Shown: positions 1-9,601, numbered from the stretch's first letter. The stretch: 64,000 nucleotides of DNA from Minisyncoccia bacterium (GCA_049297675.1 JBAQUS010000004.1:13188-77187), one strand, 5' to 3'. Notes: generated by a model from the sequence alone, not told the origin. Translations and numbers: made by a program.

Positions 1-813
1 AGTATATTCAACCCTGTCAACCTGTTCAGCTTTTGCTCGAGTAAGTCTCTCCAGCTGACTACTTGCATTTATCCCCTCGTCTGTAAGTCTTTGAATGATC
101 TGGATTTTTCCCTCGATTATTTTTGCTAAACTAAAGGCATCTTGGGTTTTAGTAGCTAACTGAGTTATCTCATCGTATGCCCTAAGAGCACTTGTCATAG
201 TCCTATCTATTGAATCTATTTTTTTCTTCAAAATCTCAATCTCACTTGTAAAATCCTCAACTTGCTTTTTTATTGTATATGTATTTTCTGAGAAATCTCT
301 AGGGTTAAGACTTTTTATTACCTCGACAACCTCTGGGACATTTTTGTGCAATACTTTGAACGTGTAGTTACAGCTCGTCTCAGACTCTGTGTTGTTTTCA
401 AAGACAACATAGGCTAGTGATTTGAGCTTCAAAATCTCCTGACAATCTCTCGACTTGTTTCTGGTTTCAATATTTGCGTTATAATCCGTCACTTCAAAAT
501 CTTCTGCTCCGTCACCTACCCCACCTCCACCACCGCCAACTGGTGGATATATCATGTTTCGAGTTGAAAGAGTAGGAGCGGATTTTTCATACATTTCATC
601 TGCATACGAATCATAGACAGGCATCTCAGCCATTCCACCATATCCAGGTGCTATTGAACTAACACTAGGATAACTTCCAGTAGTCAAAGTCGAAGGAAAA
701 CTAGAGTTAAAAAGATTATACGAGAAAACAATAACAAAAAGGCTTACGAACAGAACACCAAGAGCCTTAAGTACGTTTATGGGTGTGAAAGTGAAGTTTT
801 TAATGAAATCCAT
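1..813 (-). CDS. DUF4349-like membrane-anchored protein; C-terminus runs off the window start
   Basis: Absent from the ORF track. My hand translation from the ATG (811-813) stays open to base 1: MDFIKNFTFTPINVLKALGVLFVSLFVIVFS (TM), then a GGGGGG linker, then the coiled-coil-like EDFTSEIEILKKKIDSIDRT. The family call is from remembered architecture only. Confidence 0.5.
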   Translation of the reverse strand, partial: MDFIKNFTFTPINVLKALGVLFVSLFVIVFSYNLFNSSFPSTLTTGSYPSVSSIAPGYGGMAEMPVYDSYADEMYEKSAPTLSTRNMIYPPVGGGGGGVGDGAEDFEVTDYNANIETRNKSRDCQEILKLKSLAYVVFENNTESETSCNYTFKVLHKNVPEVVEVIKSLNPRDFSENTYTIKKQVEDFTSEIEILKKKIDSIDRTMTSALRAYDEITQLATKTQDAFSLAKIIEGKIQIIQRLTDEGINASSQLERLTRAKAEQVDRVEYT

Positions 814-841
814 AGGTAATTATATTATAATTATAATATCA

Positions 842-1969
842 CTATCTCCATTCTTTGACGATCTGGTGTTTTATAGAACCTATAACACCAACTGAAAGTA
901 ACATCATAATCACCTGGAAGATAAAACCGAAGAACGGAACTAATCCCAAAACCTTAAAGACGACGACACCAATAAATATTGTTTTCAAACTGATTTCCGT
1001 TTCATCTTTTTTAAAGTAACCATAAACCAAACTTCCGACAATTATAGGTGAGATTACCCATCCAAACAAAAGTAGAGAAACGAATGCTATTATCCCCATA
1101 AGCCCAAGTGGAGCTCCTATAATAGTCATAATCAAAAGAACTGAAAGTAGTGGTAATAGAAGTAGAATAAGTAAACCTCTTCCAATCTCAAGCATTGGAC
1201 GCTCCATTGCCTTACTTACAACTTCGCTACTGTATCGTTTCAAATTTAGCCCGATTACAGAAGCGGTAACAAATAGTGCCAGGAATTTCCCAATAACCCA
1301 TAGTGACAGAACTCCCAGGAGTACATCTTTAGGAATCTGCCTTTTAGTTTGAGGCTTAAATTCAATCTCTCCTAAAACTACTGCTCCATCCTCTTTTATT
1401 AGTTCACTATTGGCCTTGTATGACAACTTGCCTTTAATAATTGCTGATTTACCTAGAGTTACAGACTCAGCCATAATACTAATCTCGCCTTCAATCGGTG
1501 AATTAATATAAACTTCTCCTCCAGCAATTTTTACTTTCCCGGAAACCGGCGCGTCAATTCTGATGCTCCCCGCACCCACAGTGACATCCCCTCCTACACC
1601 ACTTCCTCCTATGGTAACCTGGCCACCGGCTATTACAACATCCCCAGAAACTTTTCCTTGTATAACAATATTGCCACCAGCTATGCGTAAGTCATCTAAT
1701 ACATTTGAGACCACAGTCACACTACCTCCGCCAGCCAAAAGATCTGCTCCGACCGTACCACTGACCAAAACATTTCCACCACCAACTATGAGATCTCCCG
1801 TTACTTCTCCCATGCTTGTAACACTTCCCCCACCCAAATAAGCATCTCCAGTAATTTTCTCCCCCGATCCGATAGTGGGCTGTTCTCCACCTCGAAACTC
1901 AGCACTAAAGGCAAGTAAAGGGATGAAAACAAACAAAATCGACAAGAAATAAAGATATGATTTTTTCAT
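842..1969 (-). CDS. Secreted/membrane protein with bactofilin-like beta-helical G-rich repeats and a C-terminal multi-TM domain
   Basis: Signal peptide MKKSYLYFLSILFVFIPLLAFSA. Repeated GD..(V/I)(A/G)GG.V.(V/I).G units. Hydrophobic C-terminal third. Confidence 0.5.
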   Translation of the reverse strand: MKKSYLYFLSILFVFIPLLAFSAEFRGGEQPTIGSGEKITGDAYLGGGSVTSMGEVTGDLIVGGGNVLVSGTVGADLLAGGGSVTVVSNVLDDLRIAGGNIVIQGKVSGDVVIAGGQVTIGGSGVGGDVTVGAGSIRIDAPVSGKVKIAGGEVYINSPIEGEISIMAESVTLGKSAIIKGKLSYKANSELIKEDGAVVLGEIEFKPQTKRQIPKDVLLGVLSLWVIGKFLALFVTASVIGLNLKRYSSEVVSKAMERPMLEIGRGLLILLLLPLLSVLLIMTIIGAPLGLMGIIAFVSLLLFGWVISPIIVGSLVYGYFKKDETEISLKTIFIGVVVFKVLGLVPFFGFIFQVIMMLLSVGVIGSIKHQIVKEWR

Positions 1970-2070
1970 GTTCTAATAGTTAATTTTAATGTTTATATTA
2001 TACACCCACATCTTTTTCATTCAAGACAAACCTAATCCCATGAATACCTGCAACAAATATGTAAAAATTC

Positions 2071-2098
2071 ATTCCAAAATTCTCAAGAATTTTGGAAT
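2071..2098. promoter_or_regulatory. 13+2+13 inverted repeat (attccaaaattct ca agaattttggaat); putative operator
   Basis: Verified by hand. It shares the 16-nt core aaattctcaagaattt with the repeat at 2471-2508. It overlaps the ArsR stop codon and lies about 100 nt upstream of the 842-1969 gene start. Confidence 0.45.
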
Positions 2099-2454
2099 TC
2101 AGTTAAAAATTTGACAAATCTTTCTCCGTAAGGAGTTAGAGAGTGAACAACATTATGACCTTTATAATTTTTATTTATTAGTCCTGCGCCTGAAAGCCTA
2201 CGTAAATGTTCGGATATAGTTTTAAAATTGCCTTTTAGGCTTGACGCAATATTTTCAACACTTGCTCCCTTTTCTTTTGATACTAGAAGTAAAATGGCTA
2301 TTCTCCAATGATTTGCGATTCCTTTTAAGTGCCTTTCCATTTGTTTGGCTGTTTTTGGAACACGATAAAAAGATGCTCCTCCATTAGATGATTTTTTTGA
2401 TTTACTTTTTTTGAAGGCTAATCCCGCTCCCATAGATTGACAGCATCCTAGCAC
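2083..2454 (-). CDS. ArsR/SmtB-family winged-helix transcriptional regulator
   Basis: HWRIAILLLVSKEKGASVENIASSLKGNFKTISEHLRRLSGAGLINK is an ArsR-type HTH. The true start may be an internal Met. Confidence 0.65.
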   Translation of the reverse strand: MLGCCQSMGAGLAFKKSKSKKSSNGGASFYRVPKTAKQMERHLKGIANHWRIAILLLVSKEKGASVENIASSLKGNFKTISEHLRRLSGAGLINKNYKGHNVVHSLTPYGERFVKFLTEFQNS

Positions 2455-2470
2455 AATTCCATATATTGTA

Positions 2471-2508
2471 AACTTATTCTTAAATTCTCAAGAATTTAAG
2501 AATAAGTT
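2471..2508. promoter_or_regulatory. 18+2+18 perfect inverted repeat upstream of the ArsR gene; putative auto-operator
   Basis: aacttattcttaaattct ca agaatttaagaataagtt, arms verified as reverse complements. It lies 17 nt upstream of the ORF start. Confidence 0.5.
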
Positions 2509-2567
2509 ATATTTGGATATTTATAATGAATAATTCTGACTACAAAAATTTCGATACTGACGTTTAC

Positions 2568-2882
2568 TCACTTAAACTCGAAAACAATTTTTTTAAAATT
2601 TATTATTTTGCCTTTTTCGACTTCTATTTTCTCTTTCTTGTACAATGCCATCCTCTCTTTTCTGTGTTTATTGTCCGTCCAGAACTTGCCGTCAGTATAA
2701 ACTATCCTATGCCATGGGATTTTATGATTGCCCTCCTGCCAAGCCTTGTACAAAATGCCTGTGATACTTCTCGAAGCCATGCTTCCCCCACCCCCTGCCT
2801 TAGCAATTTTACCGTAAGTCGTCACTCTGCCTTTTGGAATAGACATTGCCAGTTTTACAACTCTTTCTGAAAAAGTTTGCAT
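2568..2882 (-). CDS. Alkyltransferase-like (ATL) protein; MGMT DNA-binding domain without the catalytic Cys
   Basis: PWHRIV replaces the MGMT PCHRV motif. Upstream is the helix-turn-helix region TTYGKIAKAGG. Confidence 0.65.
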   Translation of the reverse strand: MQTFSERVVKLAMSIPKGRVTTYGKIAKAGGGGSMASRSITGILYKAWQEGNHKIPWHRIVYTDGKFWTDNKHRKERMALYKKEKIEVEKGKIINFKKIVFEFK

Positions 2883-2898
2883 GATATTTAAAAAAATC

Positions 2899-3768
2899 TT
2901 ATTTAACTATCATTTCTAAAAATTTAGAAAGTGAGATGAATGCTGCAGCGGCTTTTTTGTGACCATTTCCTCCCAAAATCTGAGCCAAGGTCAAGGCGTT
3001 TGGCTCATGACCATCTCTTCCTCGAAAACTTATTTTGACAGTGTTACCACTTATTCCAAATATACCTACGGTTTTGTTTTGTTGGCTAGAGAGAATATTT
3101 CCTCCAACCGATCTCAAACCAGAGTCAATGTTGTAAACTGGGACTTCAAAATCACCTATTTTTATAGTAATTGGCAGTTTCTCGAGCTCTTTAGTCAGCC
3201 TCTTGTCTTCGTATATGGATATCATTCTACCCTTATCCTTTTTTTCATCTAAATCAGAATTTATCAAACCAGCTACAGCTTTTGAATCATTTTGAAATAT
3301 TGATAAATAATTCCCCATATCTTTTGTATCATCTCTGTATTTCAACTTAAACAAGTCAGCATCTTCAACCAGTTTTATTAGTTCTGGAACTTCATCATCA
3401 GGGAAAAAATATGACCATGATAATGATGCCCCCGACTTATCATTATCAAAAATGAAAGTGAAATTTTTGTTTTCAATCGCCAACTTTTCGTATTCTTCCT
3501 TTGCACCTATATGATGATCTATTGATGTAACCTTAAAACCTAGACTCAAAATTTCCTTAACGCCCAAAACATTATCAACTGTATAGACATCTGTGCCTTC
3601 ATCAATCAAAGACAAAATATTCTCCAACTCTTCCCTCGTGTGTGAGTGAGATAGTGGAAAAACTTTTGCCTCAGGAAATTTCCTCAAAACCACCGCTCCG
3701 GCAGTTGTCCCGTCATTGCAATCCTTATGATATATGGCTATTACTTTTTTCATGATTTTTTCCTCCAT
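2899..3768 (-). CDS. DHH-family phosphoesterase (DHH/DHHA1)
   Basis: Motifs HKDCNDGTTAG, SIDHHIG and the C-terminal GGNGHKKAAAA. Confidence 0.65.
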   Translation of the reverse strand: MEEKIMKKVIAIYHKDCNDGTTAGAVVLRKFPEAKVFPLSHSHTREELENILSLIDEGTDVYTVDNVLGVKEILSLGFKVTSIDHHIGAKEEYEKLAIENKNFTFIFDNDKSGASLSWSYFFPDDEVPELIKLVEDADLFKLKYRDDTKDMGNYLSIFQNDSKAVAGLINSDLDEKKDKGRMISIYEDKRLTKELEKLPITIKIGDFEVPVYNIDSGLRSVGGNILSSQQNKTVGIFGISGNTVKISFRGRDGHEPNALTLAQILGGNGHKKAAAAFISLSKFLEMIVK

Positions 3769-3789
3769 CTTGGAGCAAAACCTGTAGAA

Positions 3790-4083
3790 CTACCAAACCT
3801 GGAATATTTCTCTTGAGCCGGTCAGGTACATCTCAGTATAACCCTTCATTTTCTCCATAGCCTTTTTCATTTCTTTTGTCGGATTTTTGTATTTTTCCCA
3901 ACTTTTTTCATAAGCTGTCAGATCTTTATATTTTGAAACCATAATCACTCTGTTATATTGACCAGTCATGTCGGTCATTATGTTGACCAGATTCTTGTCA
4001 CTAGCCATCACCCCTTTAAATAACTTAGCCATTTTCGAAGCATTACCAGGCTTACAAACAAATACATCATGTACGATAATCAT
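3790..4083 (-). CDS. Hypothetical small protein
   Basis: Clean 97-aa ORF in a gene-dense minus-strand run. No motif recognised. Confidence 0.35.
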   Translation of the reverse strand: MIIVHDVFVCKPGNASKMAKLFKGVMASDKNLVNIMTDMTGQYNRVIMVSKYKDLTAYEKSWEKYKNPTKEMKKAMEKMKGYTEMYLTGSREIFQVW

Positions 4084-4142
4084 AATTATTTTGGTTAATG
4101 ATAATTATTTATTATACACCTTTTAGATAAATACAAAGTGAA

Positions 4143-5330
4143 CTATATAAAAGTTAGTGCCTTACCAAGCTTTCCGGCTCTCCCTGTTCGTCCTATTCTA
4201 TGTATGTAGTCTTCATGCGTGCCCGGTACATCGAAGTTAATAACGTGGCTTACATTTGGAATGTCCAAGCCTCTTGCCGCCACGTCTGTTGCAACGAGTA
4301 CTTTAGTTTTGTTTGCTTTAAAATCATTTAGAGCTCTCTGTCTTTGAGTTTGGTTTTTATTTCCATGTATTGCTGTGGAAGAGACTCCTCTTTTTGAGAG
4401 CTCATCAGATAGTTTTTGAACACCATGTTTTGTTCTAGCAAAAACCAAAACCTTCTCGAATTCATCTTTTGAGAGTAATCCGTGTAACACATCAACTTTT
4501 GGCAAATCGTTAACCCGTACAACATCTTGATGAACATTTTTTGCAGTATCACCTGTTTTAACAGAAATTCTAACAGGATTATTCAAAAATTCAGAAATAA
4601 GTTTTTCGATCTCATTTGAGAGCGTTGCTGAAAAGAAAAGGGTTTGTCTTTCTTTTGGCATTTTAGACATAACAAGTCTCATGTCGTTTATAAAACCCAT
4701 GTCTAGCATCCTATCTGCTTCATCCAAAACCACAGATCTATAATTTGAAATATTCAGAACTCCTCTTTCCATTAAATCTTTTATTCTTCCGGGTGTACCG
4801 ATTACAAATTGATTGTGAAATCGTAGCTGTCTTATTTGCCCGCCAATAGGTACTCCTCCAACAGCACAAACCGAATGAATGCCTACATTGCCAACAAATC
4901 CTTTAAGTTCATCGTTTATCTGTACTGCCAGTTCACGTGTCGGAGCTATGATAAGAACCTGCTCATTGACACCGTTGTAAACTTTATGAATAAGCGGAAT
5001 AAGAAAAGCCGCAGTTTTGCCTGTACCTGTATTTGCAATTCCAACAATATCTCTGCCAGCTAAAATCTCTGGAATGGCACCGTCTTGAATAGGTGTAGGT
5101 GTTACGTAACCTTTTTTTATAATGTTACCCTTCAAACCTTCCACAATTTTAAAGTCAGCAAAACTATGCTTAGGCACGAATGGTATTTCCTTCGCTACTT
5201 CAACTTTAGTATTTATATATCTAGAGACATCAATGCTTTTTTGTGCAAATTTTCCTCTACCTCTACCTCTTCCATTAAATCGTGGACTGGAAAAACTTCC
5301 ACGTCCAAAATTTCCATTATTTCTGTACAT
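4143..5330 (-). CDS. DEAD-box ATP-dependent RNA helicase with an N-terminal RG-rich tail
   Basis: Motifs NTGTGKTAAF, PTRELA, LDEADRMLD, FSATL and HRIGRTGRAG. Confidence 0.9.
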   Translation of the reverse strand: MYRNNGNFGRGSFSSPRFNGRGRGRGKFAQKSIDVSRYINTKVEVAKEIPFVPKHSFADFKIVEGLKGNIIKKGYVTPTPIQDGAIPEILAGRDIVGIANTGTGKTAAFLIPLIHKVYNGVNEQVLIIAPTRELAVQINDELKGFVGNVGIHSVCAVGGVPIGGQIRQLRFHNQFVIGTPGRIKDLMERGVLNISNYRSVVLDEADRMLDMGFINDMRLVMSKMPKERQTLFFSATLSNEIEKLISEFLNNPVRISVKTGDTAKNVHQDVVRVNDLPKVDVLHGLLSKDEFEKVLVFARTKHGVQKLSDELSKRGVSSTAIHGNKNQTQRQRALNDFKANKTKVLVATDVAARGLDIPNVSHVINFDVPGTHEDYIHRIGRTGRAGKLGKALTFI

Positions 5331-5562
5331 ATTATTTAGCGAATACTCGCTATAACCCTGAGCGTTATATTAAAATCTTGCTCCGACTCAAGGGTTTTAT
5401 GAAGGTCTAGCCTTCGCAATTAGAGAGTTAAAAGTCCCTGAAACCACTGAGATATTAAGTTATCCCACCATTATAGCAAATCCACATATTTTTGTCAAAT
5501 AAGCCGAAATAAACGCTTTGTTAGTAAATAAAAATGATATAATTCTTAACATACTTTGAACT

Positions 5563-5688
5563 ATGAAACTCGACGAAAACACATGTTTTCTGGCGTATCT
5601 CGGAATGCGTGTAGCATGAGAGTTAAGGAAAATTTTCAGCAGAAAATTATTCCGGCACCATAAAATATGTGTTGAGTAAGAGTTTCAT
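5563..5688. ncRNA. Candidate structured RNA or repeat, copy A (related to 26279-26401)
   Basis: Closing stems atgaaactc/gagtttcat and aacacat/atgtgtt. The conserved centre ..tcggaa..gag.ttaaggaaaatttt cagcag aaaatta.. is shared with copy B. An extended -10-like tgatataat lies about 20 nt upstream. Confidence 0.3.
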
Positions 5689-5706
5689 GTTCCATAACAA
5701 AAAACA

Positions 5707-6897
5707 ATGCAATTTGGTTATACCAACATCTTTCCCTACTTTGTAATCAGTGCCTTTATGGTCGCATTTTCTATTTTTGTGTTAAAAAGAAGTAGTTTTT
5801 TTCAAAAAATAGCCGAGGCTGAAGTATCTGAGAGATACGAAGCCTTGGATGGTTTACGTGGGTTTCTAGCTATCGGGGTTTTCTTTCAGCATGCTGTACA
5901 AAATTTCTCTTTCTTTCAAACTGGTGTTTGGGTAATCACCGACTCACGGTTTTACAGATTTTTAGGGGGAGAAGCTGTTATATTATTTTTCATTACCACA
6001 AGCTTTTTATATTGGACAAAACTGGTCTTAGTAAAAAGTCACGGTGAAAATCAAATGTTTCGGTTGTATCGAAGCCGGTTACTTAGATTAGCTCCTCTTT
6101 ATCTTTTTTCGGGACTATTGGTCAGTATTATTGCCCTGTATAATGTTGACTTCAGTATTATTTCAATAAGTGGTTTTTTTAGAGATATTTTTTATTGGCT
6201 AACACTTGGACTACACACCATCCAAAGCTTTAACGGCACTGACATAATACCTATCAATGCCGGAATACACTGGACACTAAGATACGAATGGGCATTTTAT
6301 CTCTTACTACCCCTAGTAGCATTTTTGATGAAAAATTCACTTGGTAAAATTGCTTCAGTTCTTATTTTGATAGGAATATTCTCCCTTCCCGACAGAGGAT
6401 ACTGGGCAATATTTCTTTTTGGCATTCTCTCCGCCTATATTGTAAGTTACTACCCATCTATTCCATGGTTTAAGAAAAATAATTGGTCAGCTTTGGTTCC
6501 ACTCGTGGGCCTGTTTCTTGTGTACTCAATAAATTACAAACCATACTCTTATGTTCAATATTTTATCAGTATGATAGTCTTTCTGTGTTTCGTATATGGC
6601 AACAATTTATTTGGATTGTTGAAAACGCCTTTCGCAAAATTTTTGAGCACTATTAGTTACAGTGTCTATCTTTTACATGGAATAGTCCTGTATATTGTTC
6701 TAAATATTGTAAACAAGTTCTATCCCGTAGCATCTCTTAGTCCGCTTCAGTATTGGACTGTCATTCTCTTTGCTGGAATAATAGTTATTGTTGTTTCGGC
6801 TCTATCTTATAGGTTCATTGAACACAGGTTCATAGAGAAAATCAAACTTGGTAAGAAAGGGTCGTCGCCTACACCTGTAATAGAAAAAGTTATTTGA
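5707..6897 (+). CDS. Acyltransferase family 3 integral membrane protein
   Basis: Multi-TM protein. The N-terminal LDGLRGFLAIGVFFQH motif is typical of acyltransferase_3. Confidence 0.7.
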   Translation: MQFGYTNIFPYFVISAFMVAFSIFVLKRSSFFQKIAEAEVSERYEALDGLRGFLAIGVFFQHAVQNFSFFQTGVWVITDSRFYRFLGGEAVILFFITTSFLYWTKLVLVKSHGENQMFRLYRSRLLRLAPLYLFSGLLVSIIALYNVDFSIISISGFFRDIFYWLTLGLHTIQSFNGTDIIPINAGIHWTLRYEWAFYLLLPLVAFLMKNSLGKIASVLILIGIFSLPDRGYWAIFLFGILSAYIVSYYPSIPWFKKNNWSALVPLVGLFLVYSINYKPYSYVQYFISMIVFLCFVYGNNLFGLLKTPFAKFLSTISYSVYLLHGIVLYIVLNIVNKFYPVASLSPLQYWTVILFAGIIVIVVSALSYRFIEHRFIEKIKLGKKGSSPTPVIEKVI

Positions 6898-7910
6898 TTA
6901 TGCAACACCATATTCATCACAATCATAAAAGGAAAAGGAGAAAAGTTTTTTGGCTTGTCTCACTTTTGGTTATTTCAACTATTTTGATAGCAATGTATTT
7001 TAGCAATAAGGATTCACTCGTAGTAAACGAAAAAATTGCTGTTGCCACTACAACAAAAATAACAAAACCAAAAACAACAGTTAAACCTGAAAAAATCAAA
7101 CCACAGACAAATGGCGAAATGAGTATCTCCGTTTTTCCAGATTCTATTATGCAGGGAGAACCAGCTATTATAAAAGTAAATGGATTGTCATCGACAACAA
7201 ACGTAAAGTCTTTCACGTTCGACAGTCGCCCTCTTATCTTTTTTCTCTATGAGGATGAAGTTACAGCCTTTCTCGGTGTAGATCTAAACTATGCAACCGG
7301 TACTTTTCCACTTGTACTAACCATGAAAGACGGTAAGCAAATTCGTCAAGATTTTGTCATAAAGACACGCCCCGTGGTCAGAATTCCTTTTGATATTCCT
7401 GAAAAACTCGGCGGTAATACACCGCAGAGCGTCAAAATTCTTTTCGCAACACTTGCGCAGGAGGCAAAAATTGTTAACGCCATTCCAACCGGTTACACTA
7501 GACTCTGGACAGATAAATTTAGATCGCCATTAGACACTCCTATTGTTGTAGAAGATCCTTATGGCTACACAAGAATTACCGGAAACTCCACCATGCCTCA
7601 CAAAGGTACGGATATAAGAGCACCTATCGGCACCCCCGTCTATGCTATGAATCGCGGCTTGGTTAAATTTACAGACAATCTTCGCAACTACGGTAACACA
7701 GTGGTTATAGATCATGGACTGGGATTGCAAACTGTCTATATGCATCTTTCAGAAATTAAAGTAGCCAAAGACCAGATGGTAGAAAGAGGAGACATGATTG
7801 CCCTAAGTGGTGACACTGGTTATGTTCTAAACCCACATCTTCATCTGACAGTCAGAATTTGGGATATTTCCATAGACGCCATGAAATTTTTAGAACTTTT
7901 AGGTGAGTAA
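6894..7910 (+). CDS. M23-family metallopeptidase, membrane anchored
   Basis: HKGTDIRAPIGTPV ... DHGLGLQTVYMHLS ... GDTGYVLNPHLHL. There is a 4-nt overlap with the upstream gene. Confidence 0.8.
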   Translation: MIMQHHIHHNHKRKRRKVFWLVSLLVISTILIAMYFSNKDSLVVNEKIAVATTTKITKPKTTVKPEKIKPQTNGEMSISVFPDSIMQGEPAIIKVNGLSSTTNVKSFTFDSRPLIFFLYEDEVTAFLGVDLNYATGTFPLVLTMKDGKQIRQDFVIKTRPVVRIPFDIPEKLGGNTPQSVKILFATLAQEAKIVNAIPTGYTRLWTDKFRSPLDTPIVVEDPYGYTRITGNSTMPHKGTDIRAPIGTPVYAMNRGLVKFTDNLRNYGNTVVIDHGLGLQTVYMHLSEIKVAKDQMVERGDMIALSGDTGYVLNPHLHLTVRIWDISIDAMKFLELLGE

Positions 7911-7928
7911 AATTATCTGAGTGTTAAT

Positions 7929-8855
7929 TTAATTCTTTTTTGACTCCATTAGGTCGTAAATCTCTCTTGAGAGTTTTTTCAGTGAAAATTCCTGCCAAGG
8001 CCACTTAGTTTTAGTAATGGTCAGAACAGCAATAGCATAATGTGAATTTTTACCTTCCACAACTCCTGCATCTCCACTATATTTAATAACAGCATAGCCT
8101 TTATTAAAAGCAGTTCTAATACCATGGTATATGTTCCATTTATATCCATTAATTACTAACCATCCTCCTTTACGGTAGTAACTCTTAAAATCTTTGAGAT
8201 TTAAACCACCCCTTCTGTCCCTGTTCCATCTTAGTAAATAGCTTTTTAATTTTTCTGATACCCACGGATTAACTAATTGTCCTTGCTCCACTTTATAGAA
8301 AAATTCAGCTAAATGACGTGCATTGGATACTGTAATCTTAGAAACACGATATTCACCTTCCTCTTTTAATCTGTCTAGGAACTTTCTAGTTACATCACTC
8401 CCATTCCATCCATTCGGTAAAATTATATTGTTATTAATATTTTCTCTATTGGCTATATCAATAAGTACATTTGAGGCGGTGTTATCACTCCTTGTAAGCA
8501 TGAGGTCTAAAAGGTAGTCTGTGGTGACTTTATCTCCTGTTTTAAGTAGAGGTCTATAATCTTTGTGGGTACATTTTGGGAAAAATCTTACGTTTTTATC
8601 AACCTCATTTACAAGAGTAATCTCTACGACATCTTCAAGTTTTCTCAAACCAGCATTTATTTGTCTCAATATTTCAGCTCCAACAAAAACCTTGTATATA
8701 CTTGCTGGGTAAATAAAGTGATCCATATTAAATCCAGCAATTTGTGCTTCAGGATTTTTTAAATCAATGATGGCCAAAGATATTTCGTTTGGTTTTGGAT
8801 GGAAATTTTCAACAATTTCTTTTATTTTTTGACTAAGTTGTAGATTTTCTTTCAT
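7929..8855 (-). CDS. Class A beta-lactamase-like serine hydrolase
   Basis: SxxK (SIYK) and SDN (RSDNTASN) motifs. Confidence 0.6.
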   Translation of the reverse strand: MKENLQLSQKIKEIVENFHPKPNEISLAIIDLKNPEAQIAGFNMDHFIYPASIYKVFVGAEILRQINAGLRKLEDVVEITLVNEVDKNVRFFPKCTHKDYRPLLKTGDKVTTDYLLDLMLTRSDNTASNVLIDIANRENINNNIILPNGWNGSDVTRKFLDRLKEEGEYRVSKITVSNARHLAEFFYKVEQGQLVNPWVSEKLKSYLLRWNRDRRGGLNLKDFKSYYRKGGWLVINGYKWNIYHGIRTAFNKGYAVIKYSGDAGVVEGKNSHYAIAVLTITKTKWPWQEFSLKKLSREIYDLMESKKN

Positions 8856-8960
8856 GCTTTTTAATCATTTCCATTTCAGGTAATATTGCTCCACTTCTCA
8901 TCCTAAACCTTTCATCATTAAATCTTCTTCCTGTGTCTACAAAACCAAGTTTGTTGGGAG

Positions 8961-8983
8961 TAGTGGACACCGAGTGTCCACTA
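8961..8983. repeat. Orphan palindrome tagtggacac cga gtgtccacta
   Basis: 10-bp perfect arms with a 3-nt centre. About 50 nt further on is the motif cccctcgcttattcgctta, also seen at 59124-59142. Confidence 0.5.
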
Positions 8984-9060
8984 TTCGACTACATTTTATG
9001 GTTATTTTAGGATTTTGAACAGTAGTAGTGGGAATCCCCTCGCTTATTCGCTTAGACTGT

Positions 9061-9552
9061 TTAGAGCTCTATACGAAAAAATACTTGTGGTCCCCATTTT
9101 GATTCCAAGGGAAAACTTTTAATAATCCTCTCCTTATAATGCCTGGATATATTTTCAGCAAAGTCATTTGCAATAAGAGCATTTCTTTCTAGATATTTAA
9201 AGCCACGAATCTTTAATTCATTTTCCAATTTATCCATAATAACCCCGAGTAGACCCTTACCCCTATAATCTTTTTTAATCACCGTGTCCCACATCCATGC
9301 AGTTTCTCCAGGTAAGGCTGGACTACCAGATGTTTCTGGTTCCATTGGTTTAGCATAAGCAAAGCCAATTATTTCTTGATTATCAAGATTTTTTAATAAT
9401 ACAATGGTATTTTCAGAATTTATAAAATCTTTCTCCAGTTCATCTTCAGTAAAAGGATGTTGTTCAAAAGCCTCATTTTCCAAAGAAATAATAGAATCTT
9501 TTGTTTCATTCCAACTAGATTGGTTACTATTAAATACCTCTGCCAAAATCAT
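9061..9552 (-). CDS. GNAT-family N-acetyltransferase
   Basis: IKKDYRGKGLLGVIMDKLENELKIRGFKYLERNA is an acetyl-CoA-binding Q/RxxGxG-like segment. Confidence 0.7.
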   Translation of the reverse strand: MILAEVFNSNQSSWNETKDSIISLENEAFEQHPFTEDELEKDFINSENTIVLLKNLDNQEIIGFAYAKPMEPETSGSPALPGETAWMWDTVIKKDYRGKGLLGVIMDKLENELKIRGFKYLERNALIANDFAENISRHYKERIIKSFPLESKWGPQVFFRIEL

Positions 9553-9601
9553 GTATACATTATATCAGTTTTATTCTGCTAATGTTTCTGTTTCGTTTAT
9601 T

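Noticed and set aside
1563-1841. A P/T-rich 92-aa plus-strand ORF.
   Set aside because: It is antisense to the Gly-rich repeat region of the 375-aa protein. This is a mirror-frame artefact of GGN-rich repeats.
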